This document shows positions 14,501-26,500 of a stretch of 64,000 bases of DNA, one piece after another (position 1 is the stretch's first letter; the number at the start of each line of letters is the position of its first letter). Location: NCBI RefSeq assembly GCF_018977255.1, contig NW_024704743.1:53260001-53324000 (forward strand), written 5' to 3'. The notes beneath the pieces are model-generated. The model did no database searches. It was not told the DNA's origin and saw only the letters and a program-made list of their open reading frames with translations. The stretch comes from Callorhinchus milii (taxonomy: Eukaryota). Position numbers and translations under genes: made by a program.

Positions 14501-17500
14501 TTAATAATTTTGCTTCCTTTCGTTTCTGTGAATATGATTTCTTTGGATATGCTTTCTCGTTATGAGTTAGATCTGTAATGCATAGCAAAAATAAGGATTT
14601 ACATTTGTTCAGCAGTTGTCACATCAAGAGGCACCTCAAACTGCTTCACATAGCTGACTGGCAGGGGGAGCTGAGGAGGGAAGGTTGCTGAAACAGAATT
14701 CAAAAAGATGGGTCTAAGGGTGGATTTTGCAGACAGGAAGGAATAAGCAAAGCGGAGGGACTCCCAAGATGGAGTATCAGAGAGTAGGGGGGTAGAACAG
14801 TTGAAAGATTGCCCGCCGATGATTGGGCAAATCAATATTTTAGTATACATGACTCATGCTTAAAAAAGGGCACCATATTGATGAAAAAGTGTTTTGCAAA
14901 CCTTTTTGTCATAATGTTATCAATCATTTGCGTGTGAAGCAAATTGCCTGCCCATCTGGTGGAACAAGGAGCTATGAAGGATTTCAAAAAGGAATTGATG
15001 AGATAGATGTGCCAAACAAATCTTTTCAAAAGTTGGATGAGTAGGCTGAATGGACCATTGGTTTATTCCTGCCTGAAATGGTTACTATCTTAGGACATAG
15101 GAATAGGAGTAGGCCATTTAGCTCATTAAGATTGTTTTGCAATTTTATTAGATTTCAGCAAATATTTAAATCCTATTTCCCCACCTTTTTGTGATATCTC
15201 TTAATAGTTTTACTTCCTGAGTATCAATCTCCGTTTGATTATTTAGTTATTATTTGAGTATCAATCCCAGTGTTGAGGCCATCAATTCTCCAGCTAAATT
15301 GGTTTTGCACCTTAAATCTGTTTGTGAGACCTTGTGATACACAACAGCTGCCGTTGCTAAAAAAAAGTCACTACATTTAAGCACTAGAAATATTATTTGG
15401 AGAACTATATTGGAATAAAAATATTATTTGTAAGAAAATTTTGAAAGAATTAAGATGATAATAGTAATAATAATCCTTACATTTGTTATAGCGCCTTTCA
15501 TGTTGGGAGGATGTCTCAAAGAGCTTCACAGGATATATTGTAATGTGCAGTGACTTTCTGCTTTGTGGGCTGATTTAGGAACATTTATATGCTGAGTTTG
15601 TCACTGTACACAATTCTAGTATTAATATACAAAACCTGTGCTTCATCCTTTAGGTCTTTGTAGGCCTGGGATTCCCCTATGAAGGTCCTGCACCATTGGA
15701 AGCAATAGCAAATGGTTGTATCTTTTTGAATCCAAAATTTAGGCCTCCAAAGAACAGACAAAACACAGATTTTTTCAAGAAGAAGCCAACTTTCCGAGAG
15801 GTATGCTGCTTAAGTGTTCAATGTTTGGCTTAACAAAAATATAATTGTAACTTCTCTTCCTTGTGACCAATCAATATTTAAAAACATTCCAAGATTAAGA
15901 TATTTCTTAATATATTAGCTATTTTCTAAGAATAATTGTGTTTTTCTTAGTTTATTTACTTAATATAACATTTGTAATATGAGCATTAAACAAGTGTAAC
16001 TAACCTATAACAATCTTTTTAAGTTGAATTTCCTACAGTCTTGCCTTTATTTTGAAATTGAAAATGATTTAATTTCTACAAATACAATACAAAATTATAT
16101 TTGTAAAGCGCTTTTCACACCAGGAGGACGTCCTAAGGTCAGGGCCTGGACAGTCAGAGATATGGACCTGAGCTCGGGGTTGGGATCGGGCCGGATGGAG
16201 AGCAGGGAGGGAAGGAGGGTGACCAAAGGCTCGGTTGAAGAGAAGGGTCTTGAGTTATGCCTTGAAAGAGGCAAGGGAGGGAACCAGGCAAAGGGACTGT
16301 GGGCTGGAGTTCCAATGGGTGGAGGCAGAAAGACTGAAGGTCCAGCTGCCGATGGTGGGGCAGACCGGGCGGGGGACTTGGAGCAGGCTAGAGCCTGCTG
16401 AGCAGAGGAGTGATGCAGTGACGGAGCCGGGCGATGTTTTCCCAGGAAAGATTGATTGAACAATTTACCTATGTTTTTTGTGGTCAATATTAATATTAAT
16501 GTTCGTTTTGAGTCATCTTTTGCATAAATATGAAAAAAGAATATTGAAACACATTATTAACGTCCACAGAAAGCCCTTGTTAATTTATCAGTGAACTTTT
16601 AGCTCAAATGTGACAAAAGCGTCTAACATGACAGTACTATTACCAAACCAAGATTAATATGAATTGAACAATATGATTAATATGATTAATATGAATTGAA
16701 CAATAAAAATACATATGATTATCATCATACAATTAGCTTTCTAAATCAGTGATTCCAGTTGCAGTTATGTGCCAAATTAGCATAGTGGAATCTTAAGATC
16801 CATTGTCGGTAGAACTAAAGTAAAGCATGAAATCAATTTGACATTGTATTAAAAAGCATGTAACAATCTATTCAAAAATTGAATGATGCGTAGAAACAGT
16901 TCTGACCCCTTCTGGTGGCAATGAGGAATTGATCAGTCCATTCCTTCAGCTGCCTTTTAAATGTCCTATAGAATAGTGAACTTTTTTTCAGATTGCTGAC
17001 GTGCAAACAGTGTAAGCCCTCACCTCAGCAATCTCTCAGAAGTCTCCTTGGTTCAGAAGTTTTCACTTTTCAAAAGTTTATTTTGGGTCTTATGCCAATG
17101 AATTAATTAATATGCTTCACGAATTCAAGTAGTTCAGTCTGTACCTATTGTATTACATAAGTGATTATTTGACATTTTGACAATAAAGTAAATATTTCAT
17201 TCCTGCTTCTGCATTACATTATGCAACATGAACAGTATAACCTCATTTTACATTGGATGGAACTCACCTGGAGGAGGTGCTGGAATCACATGACTGTATA
17301 ACTACAACCGGTAACTTGTGTCTGTCTGTCACTGGTAACCGGTAAATTGAAGCCAATTTTTCAAACGTCAAAATGTAAATGTCGGAAGCCACTCTTCTGG
17401 GATAATTTTTACATTCCTACCAGCAGCAAATACTCAAATGTCTCATCAGTTCTTTTCTAACAGAAGAAATTCATGTTCAGTGAGCAAGTCCTGTGCCTAT

Positions 17501-20500
17501 GTATGTCTTTAAGCGCACATTTGTAGACTTACTCGTGCTCAAACCTGTGCTCGTCAGATTTCAAATGACCTGCTTGTGACAATCCTCCTTTGGGGAGAGT
17601 GGGGAGGAGGTAAGTCAGTTCTCCTTGGGGCTGAGCTGGTTCCAAGCTGATGTGCTTGACAATGGAATGTCGGACTCAGTCAACGTTACCATAAATATTA
17701 CCAGCGCTTAAATTAATTTGTATTTATAAGAAAACTACCATGAGTGATCAAAGCAAGGGTGTTCACCTTACTTCAAACATATTCCTTTTAATCCTTATCT
17801 ATAAACAGGGCTCCCTCTGCCTCCTCGTCCTCCTTGACCTCTCTGCTGTCTTTGACACCGTCGACCACTCTATCCTCCTGCACCGCCTCTCCTCTCATCT
17901 CAACCTTCATGGTTCTATCTTTGGATGGCTCAGATCTTACCTCTCACACCATCTCCACTTAATCTCCACAAACGGCTTCTCCCCTGGCCCCTGCACTGTC
18001 CCTGGTCCCCTCCTTTTCAATATATATAAATATATATATATGCTCCCTCTTGGTGACATCATCCACAGACATGGGGTCAATTTCCCAACACTATGACACC
18101 CAACACTATCTCTCTGCCTCGACCCCAGGACCACTGCTGTCCTGACTGAATGACTGTCAGACATTAAGTCCTGGATGAGAGCTAACTTTCTCCAGTTGAA
18201 CGTCAACGAGGCCAAGGCTCTCCTGATTGGCTCCCATCAGCGCCTCCTCACCTCAGGCGCTGACAGCATCACCATCCATGGTTGCACACTCCACCTTACT
18301 AAGCCAGTCCAGAACCTTGGCATCTTGTTTGATCCTCAACTATCCTTTCTACCCCACATTCACGCCATGAACCGCTCTACCTTCCCTCACCTCCACAACA
18401 TCACCCGGCTCCGCCGCTGTCTCAGACCACAGGCCGCCAAGACCCTCATACACACATTCATAACATCCAGGCTTGACTATGCAAACTCCCTGCTTGTCGG
18501 CCTCCCAAACTCCTCCGCCACAGGCTGCAGATCATCCAGAACTCTGCAGTCTGTATCCTCTCCCGCACCAGGCTCCGTGGCCTTATCACCCCCATCCTCG
18601 CCCGACTCCACTGGCTTCCCATCACACAGAGGATAAGGTTCAAGATCCTGGTCCTCAGCTTCAAAGCCCTCCATGGCCTTGATCCCTCCCCTAACTCTGC
18701 GACCTCCGAACCCTCTACCAACCTGCCTGCTCCCATCGCTCAGTGAACTCGGGCCTGCTGCACGTCCCCCGCCTCGCCGTTCCCCCCCGCCCCTCACCAC
18801 CATTGGCGACCGAGTCGTCAGCCACTCTGCCCCCACCCTCTGGAACTCCATTCCGCAGTCCCTCCACCTCCTTCAAGATCCCCCGCTCGGGTCCGTAATA
18901 CTGATTGTCCAGCTCCTTTGGGCTCAGTATTGTGAAAGGTGCCATACAAATGTAATTTTGTGGTTGTTATTGATGTTGTTATCTTCCTGGAGAATTTTGT
19001 AAGCATTTGAACACTTAGGCACATGGAACCCATACAGATCCCGAGGCAACGAGGGAGTGCCCCCGCTGTCATAACTCACTTATCCACCTTGAATCCCCAT
19101 TGAAATTGCTTCCCCACCGACCTAACTTGCTGGGGGGTGGGGCTTGGCATGATCAGCCACCTTGTGGCAGCGAGTCCGCAGATGCTCCAGGCCCACAACA
19201 GCCAACTTCCAGCCAATAGCCAAACCTCTAGGGCGGGATATCGCCCACAAAGTTGGGTGCCCGGAGACGCATTGCTGGTTTCCCAGCAACTGAGGAGCAA
19301 CACTGGTTGGGGCCCCTGAGAGGAACGCCGCCACTGTATTTGAAATGTTGTGTGATATCTCTTATGTTATTAGCATTTCTCCCACAATTGTCTGTTGTCC
19401 AGCGCCTTGGGATGTCCTCCCGATGTGAAAGACGCTATACAAATACAATTTGTTGTTGTTAAATCTGTTACAGCAGGACAGTCTGAATGTTGCAGCAAGA
19501 TTCTTGCTAAATTGTTTTTTTTCCACTGACAGCTATCCTCTCAGCATCCATATGCAGAGATTTATATTGGGAAGCCTCATGTATGGACTGTTGACATTGA
19601 AAACCCCAGTGAAGTAGAAGCAGCACTGGATCAAATCATGGAACTGCAGGTAATTTAAAAAAGAACTGTCATTCGATCACATTGCAGATTGGCATTTATA
19701 TCAGTAAATTTGCATTACATTGAAGTTCAAATAAAAATACAATCTCTCTCCGACACACACAATTGCTCATTGATGACATTTTTCTTTCAACAACAACTTG
19801 CATTTAAATTGCACCTTTCACGCACGGTAGCGTCTCAGTGCGTTTAACAGCAATGTAGCTTGACTAAAGAGGGAGGGAGGTGACCGTAGGTATCGTTGAA
19901 GAGGAAAGTCTTCAGGAGTGATCTGAAGATGGTCAAGGTGGAGGGATTGTGGCAGAAAGTTCCAGGGTTTGAGGCATTGTGGCTGGAAGCATAGCTGCCG
20001 ATAGTGGAGCAAAGGGGACAAGGGACATGCAGGAGGTTGTAGCTAGCTGAGCGAAGGAGGTAGGTAGAGGAGTGGGGTGTAAGCAGATCGGAGAGGTAGG
20101 GAGTTGCCAGGCCATTAAGTAATTTGTACATGGATGTGAGGATTTTGAAATCAATCTGCAATAAGGAGCCAGTGGAACTGGCAAGGTTGGGGATGATGAT
20201 GGTGTGGAGACTGGTAGGGGTAAGACCACAGGTGGGGGATTTCTGAATCAATTGATTTTATGAGTGGTGGAGCTTGGAAGACTGTCAAGGAGATCATTGG
20301 AAAAATCGAGGCAAGGTGTGGTAATCTTGATAAGGGTTCCAGTTTCGCTGGGTGCGAAGCATGGTTGGGGGTAGATGAGGTGGAGGAAAGCGGTCCCTTG
20401 TCCAAATTGGATGTGGGTAGGAAGGAAAACGAGGGGTCGAACCTGATGCCTATTGTGCACAAGTTCAGTGAGTCTGAGCAACAGCCTGGGAAGGTTAAAG

Positions 20501-23500
20501 AGGTTGGAAAGCATGTGAGAAGACATTGACAGGAGCCAAGGAGGATGGATTCCATCGTGTCAGTATTCAGCTACAGAAAGTTGGCGCTCATCCAGGTCTT
20601 GATATCTGACAAGGAGGTAAACTGAACATCAGTGGACCTAGCATTGAGGCTATAGGAGAAGAAGAAGCCTACAGATAACTAGTGACTAAAGATACCAAAC
20701 TCTTGAAAAAAAATTGCTGCACTCTTTTTTGAATTATTTGCATGATTTTAGCAGAAATTAAGATCTTTATTGTATGGCTTGAGATGGCACTAATATTAAT
20801 ATTCCAATATTACTTGCTCAAGCTGCTGCTCTCTATTACATTCATCCCCAAATGATTGGCAAACAATAATAAAGTGGGGGAAAATGAAAAGGGAATCAAT
20901 GGCATGAGTGCACAACATTGCAATATTAATATTAGCAAGTGGGTGCGTCAACATGGGATTGGCCAGCACGAGTCAGGGATGTGAGTTTTAATTAAGCCCA
21001 GCCTGATTAGATGAAAGTCTCCTGTCTGTCCTGGCTCCTAATTTAATCTACCAGTAGTTTGGGCAATCTTGATGTAGATAAGAATGGATTTAGGTGTACA
21101 GTGCAAATCTGCCCATACTTTGACATACAGTACACATTTTAGAGGTCATAAATAATTATAGTTGGTGTGAGACTGGTAATATGACTTCCTGCAATGTACA
21201 ATGAAAAAATGACCAATAACTACTTAATTTTTTGGAGAACCTACTTTAATTGTCTTTTGGGTTTATATCTTTTTGAATGTAGAAATGTGTTAATTAAGGC
21301 TATGGATATGGAGAAGATCTGATTTCCAACAATTGTATGCAACTTATATATGGGGATAAATTTATATGATTGCCAGATTATATCCTAAGAGTAATTCTTT
21401 ATTTTTTTAAAAAAACAGGTTGAGCCATATTTGCCATACGAATTCACAAATGAAGGAATGTTGGAAAGATTAAATTGGTTCATTGCGAAACAGGTAAGTT
21501 ATTTATTTAACTTCAGTTATAATATTTGCTTTTTGGATGTCTTACATCAAAATCTCTAAAAAAGCTTCAGATAATGAATGTCTTTGAAGTCTAGTGACAT
21601 TTCTGTATACAAATGTGACCGCTAATATGAACTCTTAAATTGCACAAGAAATGTTTCACGAACAGCAAGTAAGTAAACATTTACATGTTTTTTTGGTTGT
21701 TTTGGATGAAGAAGGAATATTGACCAAGACTTCACTTCCTGATGAATACATTTCTGAAATGCATCTTATAAGTAAATCTGTACCAGTACATAAAAAGTAT
21801 AAAACATACTTTAAATACTGACAACAACTTGTTGGTGATCCATATGTTGCACACAAAATGCAAAGTGATGGGTTTCTAGATCAGAAGTTTGTGTGTTTCG
21901 GCCCTACATGAGTTCAACATTCTGTTGCAGTGTTGGGGGAAACATAGCATTGTCAAAGGTACCATTTTACTGGTAAGACATTAAATTGAGCTGCTGTGTG
22001 CCAGTTCAGGTGATATCCCCTGACACTGTGAATTTCATTAGACGACAGCAATGTGTTACTTAATTAAGGATGATTTCTGAAAACTCTACCAACATTTCAT
22101 ATGACGATAAATTAAGAGAGATTATTCTAGAGATATATCTCCAGAGTGTATCTCTAGAGATATAACAGATTGCCAGATTATATCTCTGGAGTAATTAATT
22201 TTGTAAAAATAAAATGGGTATCCCCTGGGTTCCATACACCATCACTCCAAGCTAAGCTCCACTGGCTCCCGGTATTCAAGTAAATCAATTTCAAGATCTT
22301 CAACCTTCAAATCCCTTCATGGGCTTTTGCGCCTTACTTATATAATCTCCTCCAATATTACTCTCTTACCCATACTCTCCACTCTTCCAATTCTGGTTGT
22401 TTGTTCAATCCTCACACCTTTCCATTCCATGATTGGTAGCAGAACCTTGAGCCACTAGATCCTTGCTGTTTAGGGCTCACTTGCAAAGATTCTTTGCTTT
22501 GATACCTTAATAATAATAATAATAATCCTTGCATTTGATATAGCGCTTTTCACGTCGGGAGGACATCCTAAAGCGCTTCACAGAACACACTGTAAAGTGA
22601 ATTGACTGTATATTTGTGGGCGAACGCGGCAGCCAATTGCGCACGGCTTGCTGCATGCCTTCAACCCCTTCCAAAAAGCATCTTTATGATCTTTATGATC
22701 TTGATTTTCACAACATTTAACTATTTTCTCAGTGCTCCCCATCATAATTGTTGAGCATTTTGAGATGTTCATTCTATATGAAAGGCATATAAATTCTTGT
22801 TGGTTTATGCTGCTAAGCATATGGTGCGTCACATTTTTATATCTTGAAATGTATTGATTTTTTGAGTGTTGTCAGCTCCAGCTGTATTTGACTGGAAATG
22901 TCACAGGAGTTAGTCCTATGGGTAGGTTTCAATAGAATTACTTAATTGAGGTGGGGTTGAGGGCTTGAACTCATTGTCTAAGCGGATAATGCTGATAGCC
23001 TGATATTCCAGTGCAGTACTGGGGGAATGCTGCATCGTCATGGGAGATGTTTTTCAAATGAGATGTTACATTGAGGTCTTATTTATTCAAGTGGATACTA
23101 TCCACAGTATTATTCAAAAAGAGAAGGGAGATTTTCCTAGTGAATTGGCGAAAAACATCTTCCATATTAATTGGTCATTGACCTCATGTCTGTTTATGAA
23201 ATATTGCTGGTAGAAGTGGCTCCTGCATTTGCTTACAAAAATCAGTCAACATTTGACAATAATTACCTGTGAAATGCTTTGATAGAAGCTTTGATGTGAT
23301 AAGGGATTTTTCATATCCACCTGAAAACAGATGGGACATTGATCTAACATTTTATCTGAAAGGTGACATCTCTGGCAAAACAGTGTTTCCCCAGTACTGC
23401 AATGGAGTGTCAACTCAGCTCACTCCTGGTATGGAGCTTGAACTCGCAATTTTCTGGCTCTGAGGCAAGAGTGTCATGAACTTTAGGCTCAAACAAACAT

Positions 23501-26500
23501 GAATCTGCATGCACAGCAGTTCTTAGAGTTGGTGGAAGTCAGAGCACTTAGTGAAAATCAAAAACAAGCTACAGTTTCTTTTTCCAAATAAATTATGTAA
23601 ACATAAATAGACAAGCAGTTGTGTAAGCATAAATATATTATTTCCATATTATTCCATGTAAGTTATTAATTACTGACATTGGTGAAATAAGGTGCAGCAG
23701 TGTGGAACAATGGGGTGAAGATGCATCCCCATGCTATAACTTTATAAGCTTGGGGTGGCACATTCCATCTCACAGAGCCAGTGCAAAGCCTCAATGTTTT
23801 GTTCAATCCTCCACTGTTCTTTAAACCTAACATTTGGCTCTTCTTAACTTCTACAATATTACCTGCCTCTGCCACAACTTCTTCCTCAGGTTGCCCAAAC
23901 CCTTATTCAACATTTTTGATCACCTTACCCCCACGAGAGCTCAGGCTCTCAGTTAGCTCAGTTCATATTGTTTGGAACCCACATAGAATTCTGATACTCT
24001 GATTTTGCTCCAGGATTTCTGCCGCCAGAGAGAAATATGGCCACCACTGACTGCGCTCAGGACAAAAACTGCCAAACCCCACCAGTCCTGTGTTGAAGTC
24101 TGCCAGGAAAGCCAACTGATTTGTGAGCCTGCTTTCTTCTACCATCTCAACAAGCAGGCAGAGCTTGAGAGGTAACTTTCACATTTCTCTTATTGCACCT
24201 GATAATCAAATTGTGGGATTTGTACTTTCAGATCTTATTCAGGGACCATTGTTGTTTTCCATGACCTTTTTTGCAGTTATACATTTGACTTAATTAAAAA
24301 TCACTAACAACAAGGTTACATTTGTATAGCGCCTTTCACATCGGGAGGACTTCGGGAGGATGTCCCAAGGCGCTGGAATGTGCACAATTTAATGTGCACA
24401 AATCAAATGCTTCATACAATACAAAAATACAAAATTACATTTGTAAAGTACCTTTCACGTGGGGAGGACATCCCGAGGCGCTGAACAGCCAGGGTTTAGG
24501 ACCCAATCGGGGCGGGCGGTGGGGGGAGATTAGGCATGGTGGATGCAGAGAGGGTAGGAAGATGGTCGAAGGCATGGTCGAAGAGGAGAGTTTTGAGGCA
24601 GGCCTTGAAGGAGGCAAGGGGGGGAGCGAGGCGAAGGGAATGTGGGATGGAGTTCCAGAGGGTGGGGGCAGAGAGGCTGAAGGGCTGACCGTCAATGGTG
24701 GGGAGGGCCGGGGACATGGAGCAAGCCGGAGCCTGCTGAGCGGAGGCAGCGGACAGATTGATAAGGGATTAGCAGTTCGGAGGGGGCAAGGCCATAGAGG
24801 GCCTTGCAGGTGAGGATGAGAATTTTGAACTTGATCCTCTGAGGGATGGGGAGCCGTGTGAGGGTGGGTGTAATGGGGTCATGGAGCCTGGTTCGGTAGA
24901 GGACATGAGCTGCTGAGTTCTAAATGATCTGCAGCTTGTGGAGGGAAGAGTTGAAAAGGCTGACAAGCAGGGCATTGGCACAGTTGAGCCTGGATGTAAT
25001 GAAGGCATGTATGAGGGTTTCAGTGGCCTGAAGGGTGAGGCAGAAGGAGCATGTATAGGTTGAAGAGGAGAGGACCGAGGACAGAGCCCTGAGGAAAATT
25101 GCACGAGACAGTCCAAGAACCGTTTGTGGAGACAATGTGGAGCCAGTACGAGAGATAGAATCTGAACTATTCGAGGACAGAACCTTAAGGCGGTGGAGGA
25201 GGATAGAGTGATCCATAGTGTCAAAGGCAGCAGAGAGCTTGAGGAGGACTAGGAGACAGAGGGAGCTCTGTACACAGATGGACATAATATCATTTGTCAC
25301 CGTGATCAGTGCTGTTTCTGTGATGTACGGAGCATGGAAACCCAATTGGAGGGGTTCACAAAGGGAGTGGCAGAAGAGGAAGGAGTAAAGCTGAGAAACA
25401 ACAACTCTTTCAAAGACCTTGGAAACAAAAGGGAGGTTGGGGATGGGGGCAGTAGTTAGTGAGCAGGAATTGGTCCAGGGAAGGGTTTTTTTTAGGAGAG
25501 AGGTGATGACAGCTGTTTTTAGTGAGGTAGGAACGGTGCCAGTTGACAGGGAGAGGCTGACGAGGTCTGAGAGTAAAGGGGCGTGATGGTGGAGCAGATG
25601 GCTAGGGATGGGATCGAGGGAGCAGTTGGTGGGCTTCATGCAGGTTATAGTTGTGATGAGAGAGGAGGGGAGACAGGTTCAAAGGTGTGGAGTAAGGGAT
25701 GGGTAGGGATTGGAATGTGAGGGAGAGATGGGGAGTGGGTGGCAGTTGGGAAGGCGCAGGCGGCTGAACAGATCCCCTCGATTTTGGTCTTGAGGAATTC
25801 CAGCACCTCCTTGGAGTTGGAGGAGAGGATGGGCGAGGCATGAGAGGGTGGACGGAGGAGCTGGTTGGTAGTGGAGAAGAGAAGCCTGGGGTTGGCCTTG
25901 GCCGTCAAGATTATCTTGGAATAAAACAACGATTTAGGGGAGACAAGGGAGGAGTGGTAAGTTTTTATGTGGTACAGCCAAATCTGCTGGTGGACCGTTT
26001 AAATTAGATTTGAGCCAGGTGCTCTCGGCAGCACGCACCCAATCCTTGAGTGAGCAAAGTTGGCTAACTTCATAAAGCAGTTAAGTTTAATAATTGTCCC
26101 TTACATTGATATATTGTCTTATTACATTGCCAAAATATCTCAAACTGCTTCACAGAATTTTATTGGAAAGTGTAATGACTGTGCATTGTTAGTGAAATCA
26201 ACAGTACATTTACAACAACAACAAAATCACATTTGTATAGTGCCTTTCACGTCGGGAGGATGTCCCAAGGCACTGGACAGTGTACAGCATTTCAGACCCG
26301 AGCTGGGGTCAGGGGGGAAGAAGGGAGGGGAGAGGAAGGGGGGTGGCTGATGGCATGATCGAAGAGGAGGGTCTTGAGGCGGGACTTTAAGGAGAGGGCG
26401 AGGTGGAGTGATTGGGGGATGGAATTCCAAGGTTGGGGGCAGAGTGGCTGAAGGCTCTCCCACCTATGGTGGGTCGGGGGACATGGAGCAGGCCGGAGCC

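Noticed and set aside
16652..16704. Short tandem duplication gattaatatgaattgaacaata
   Set aside because: Ordinary AT-rich slippage repeat with no further signal.
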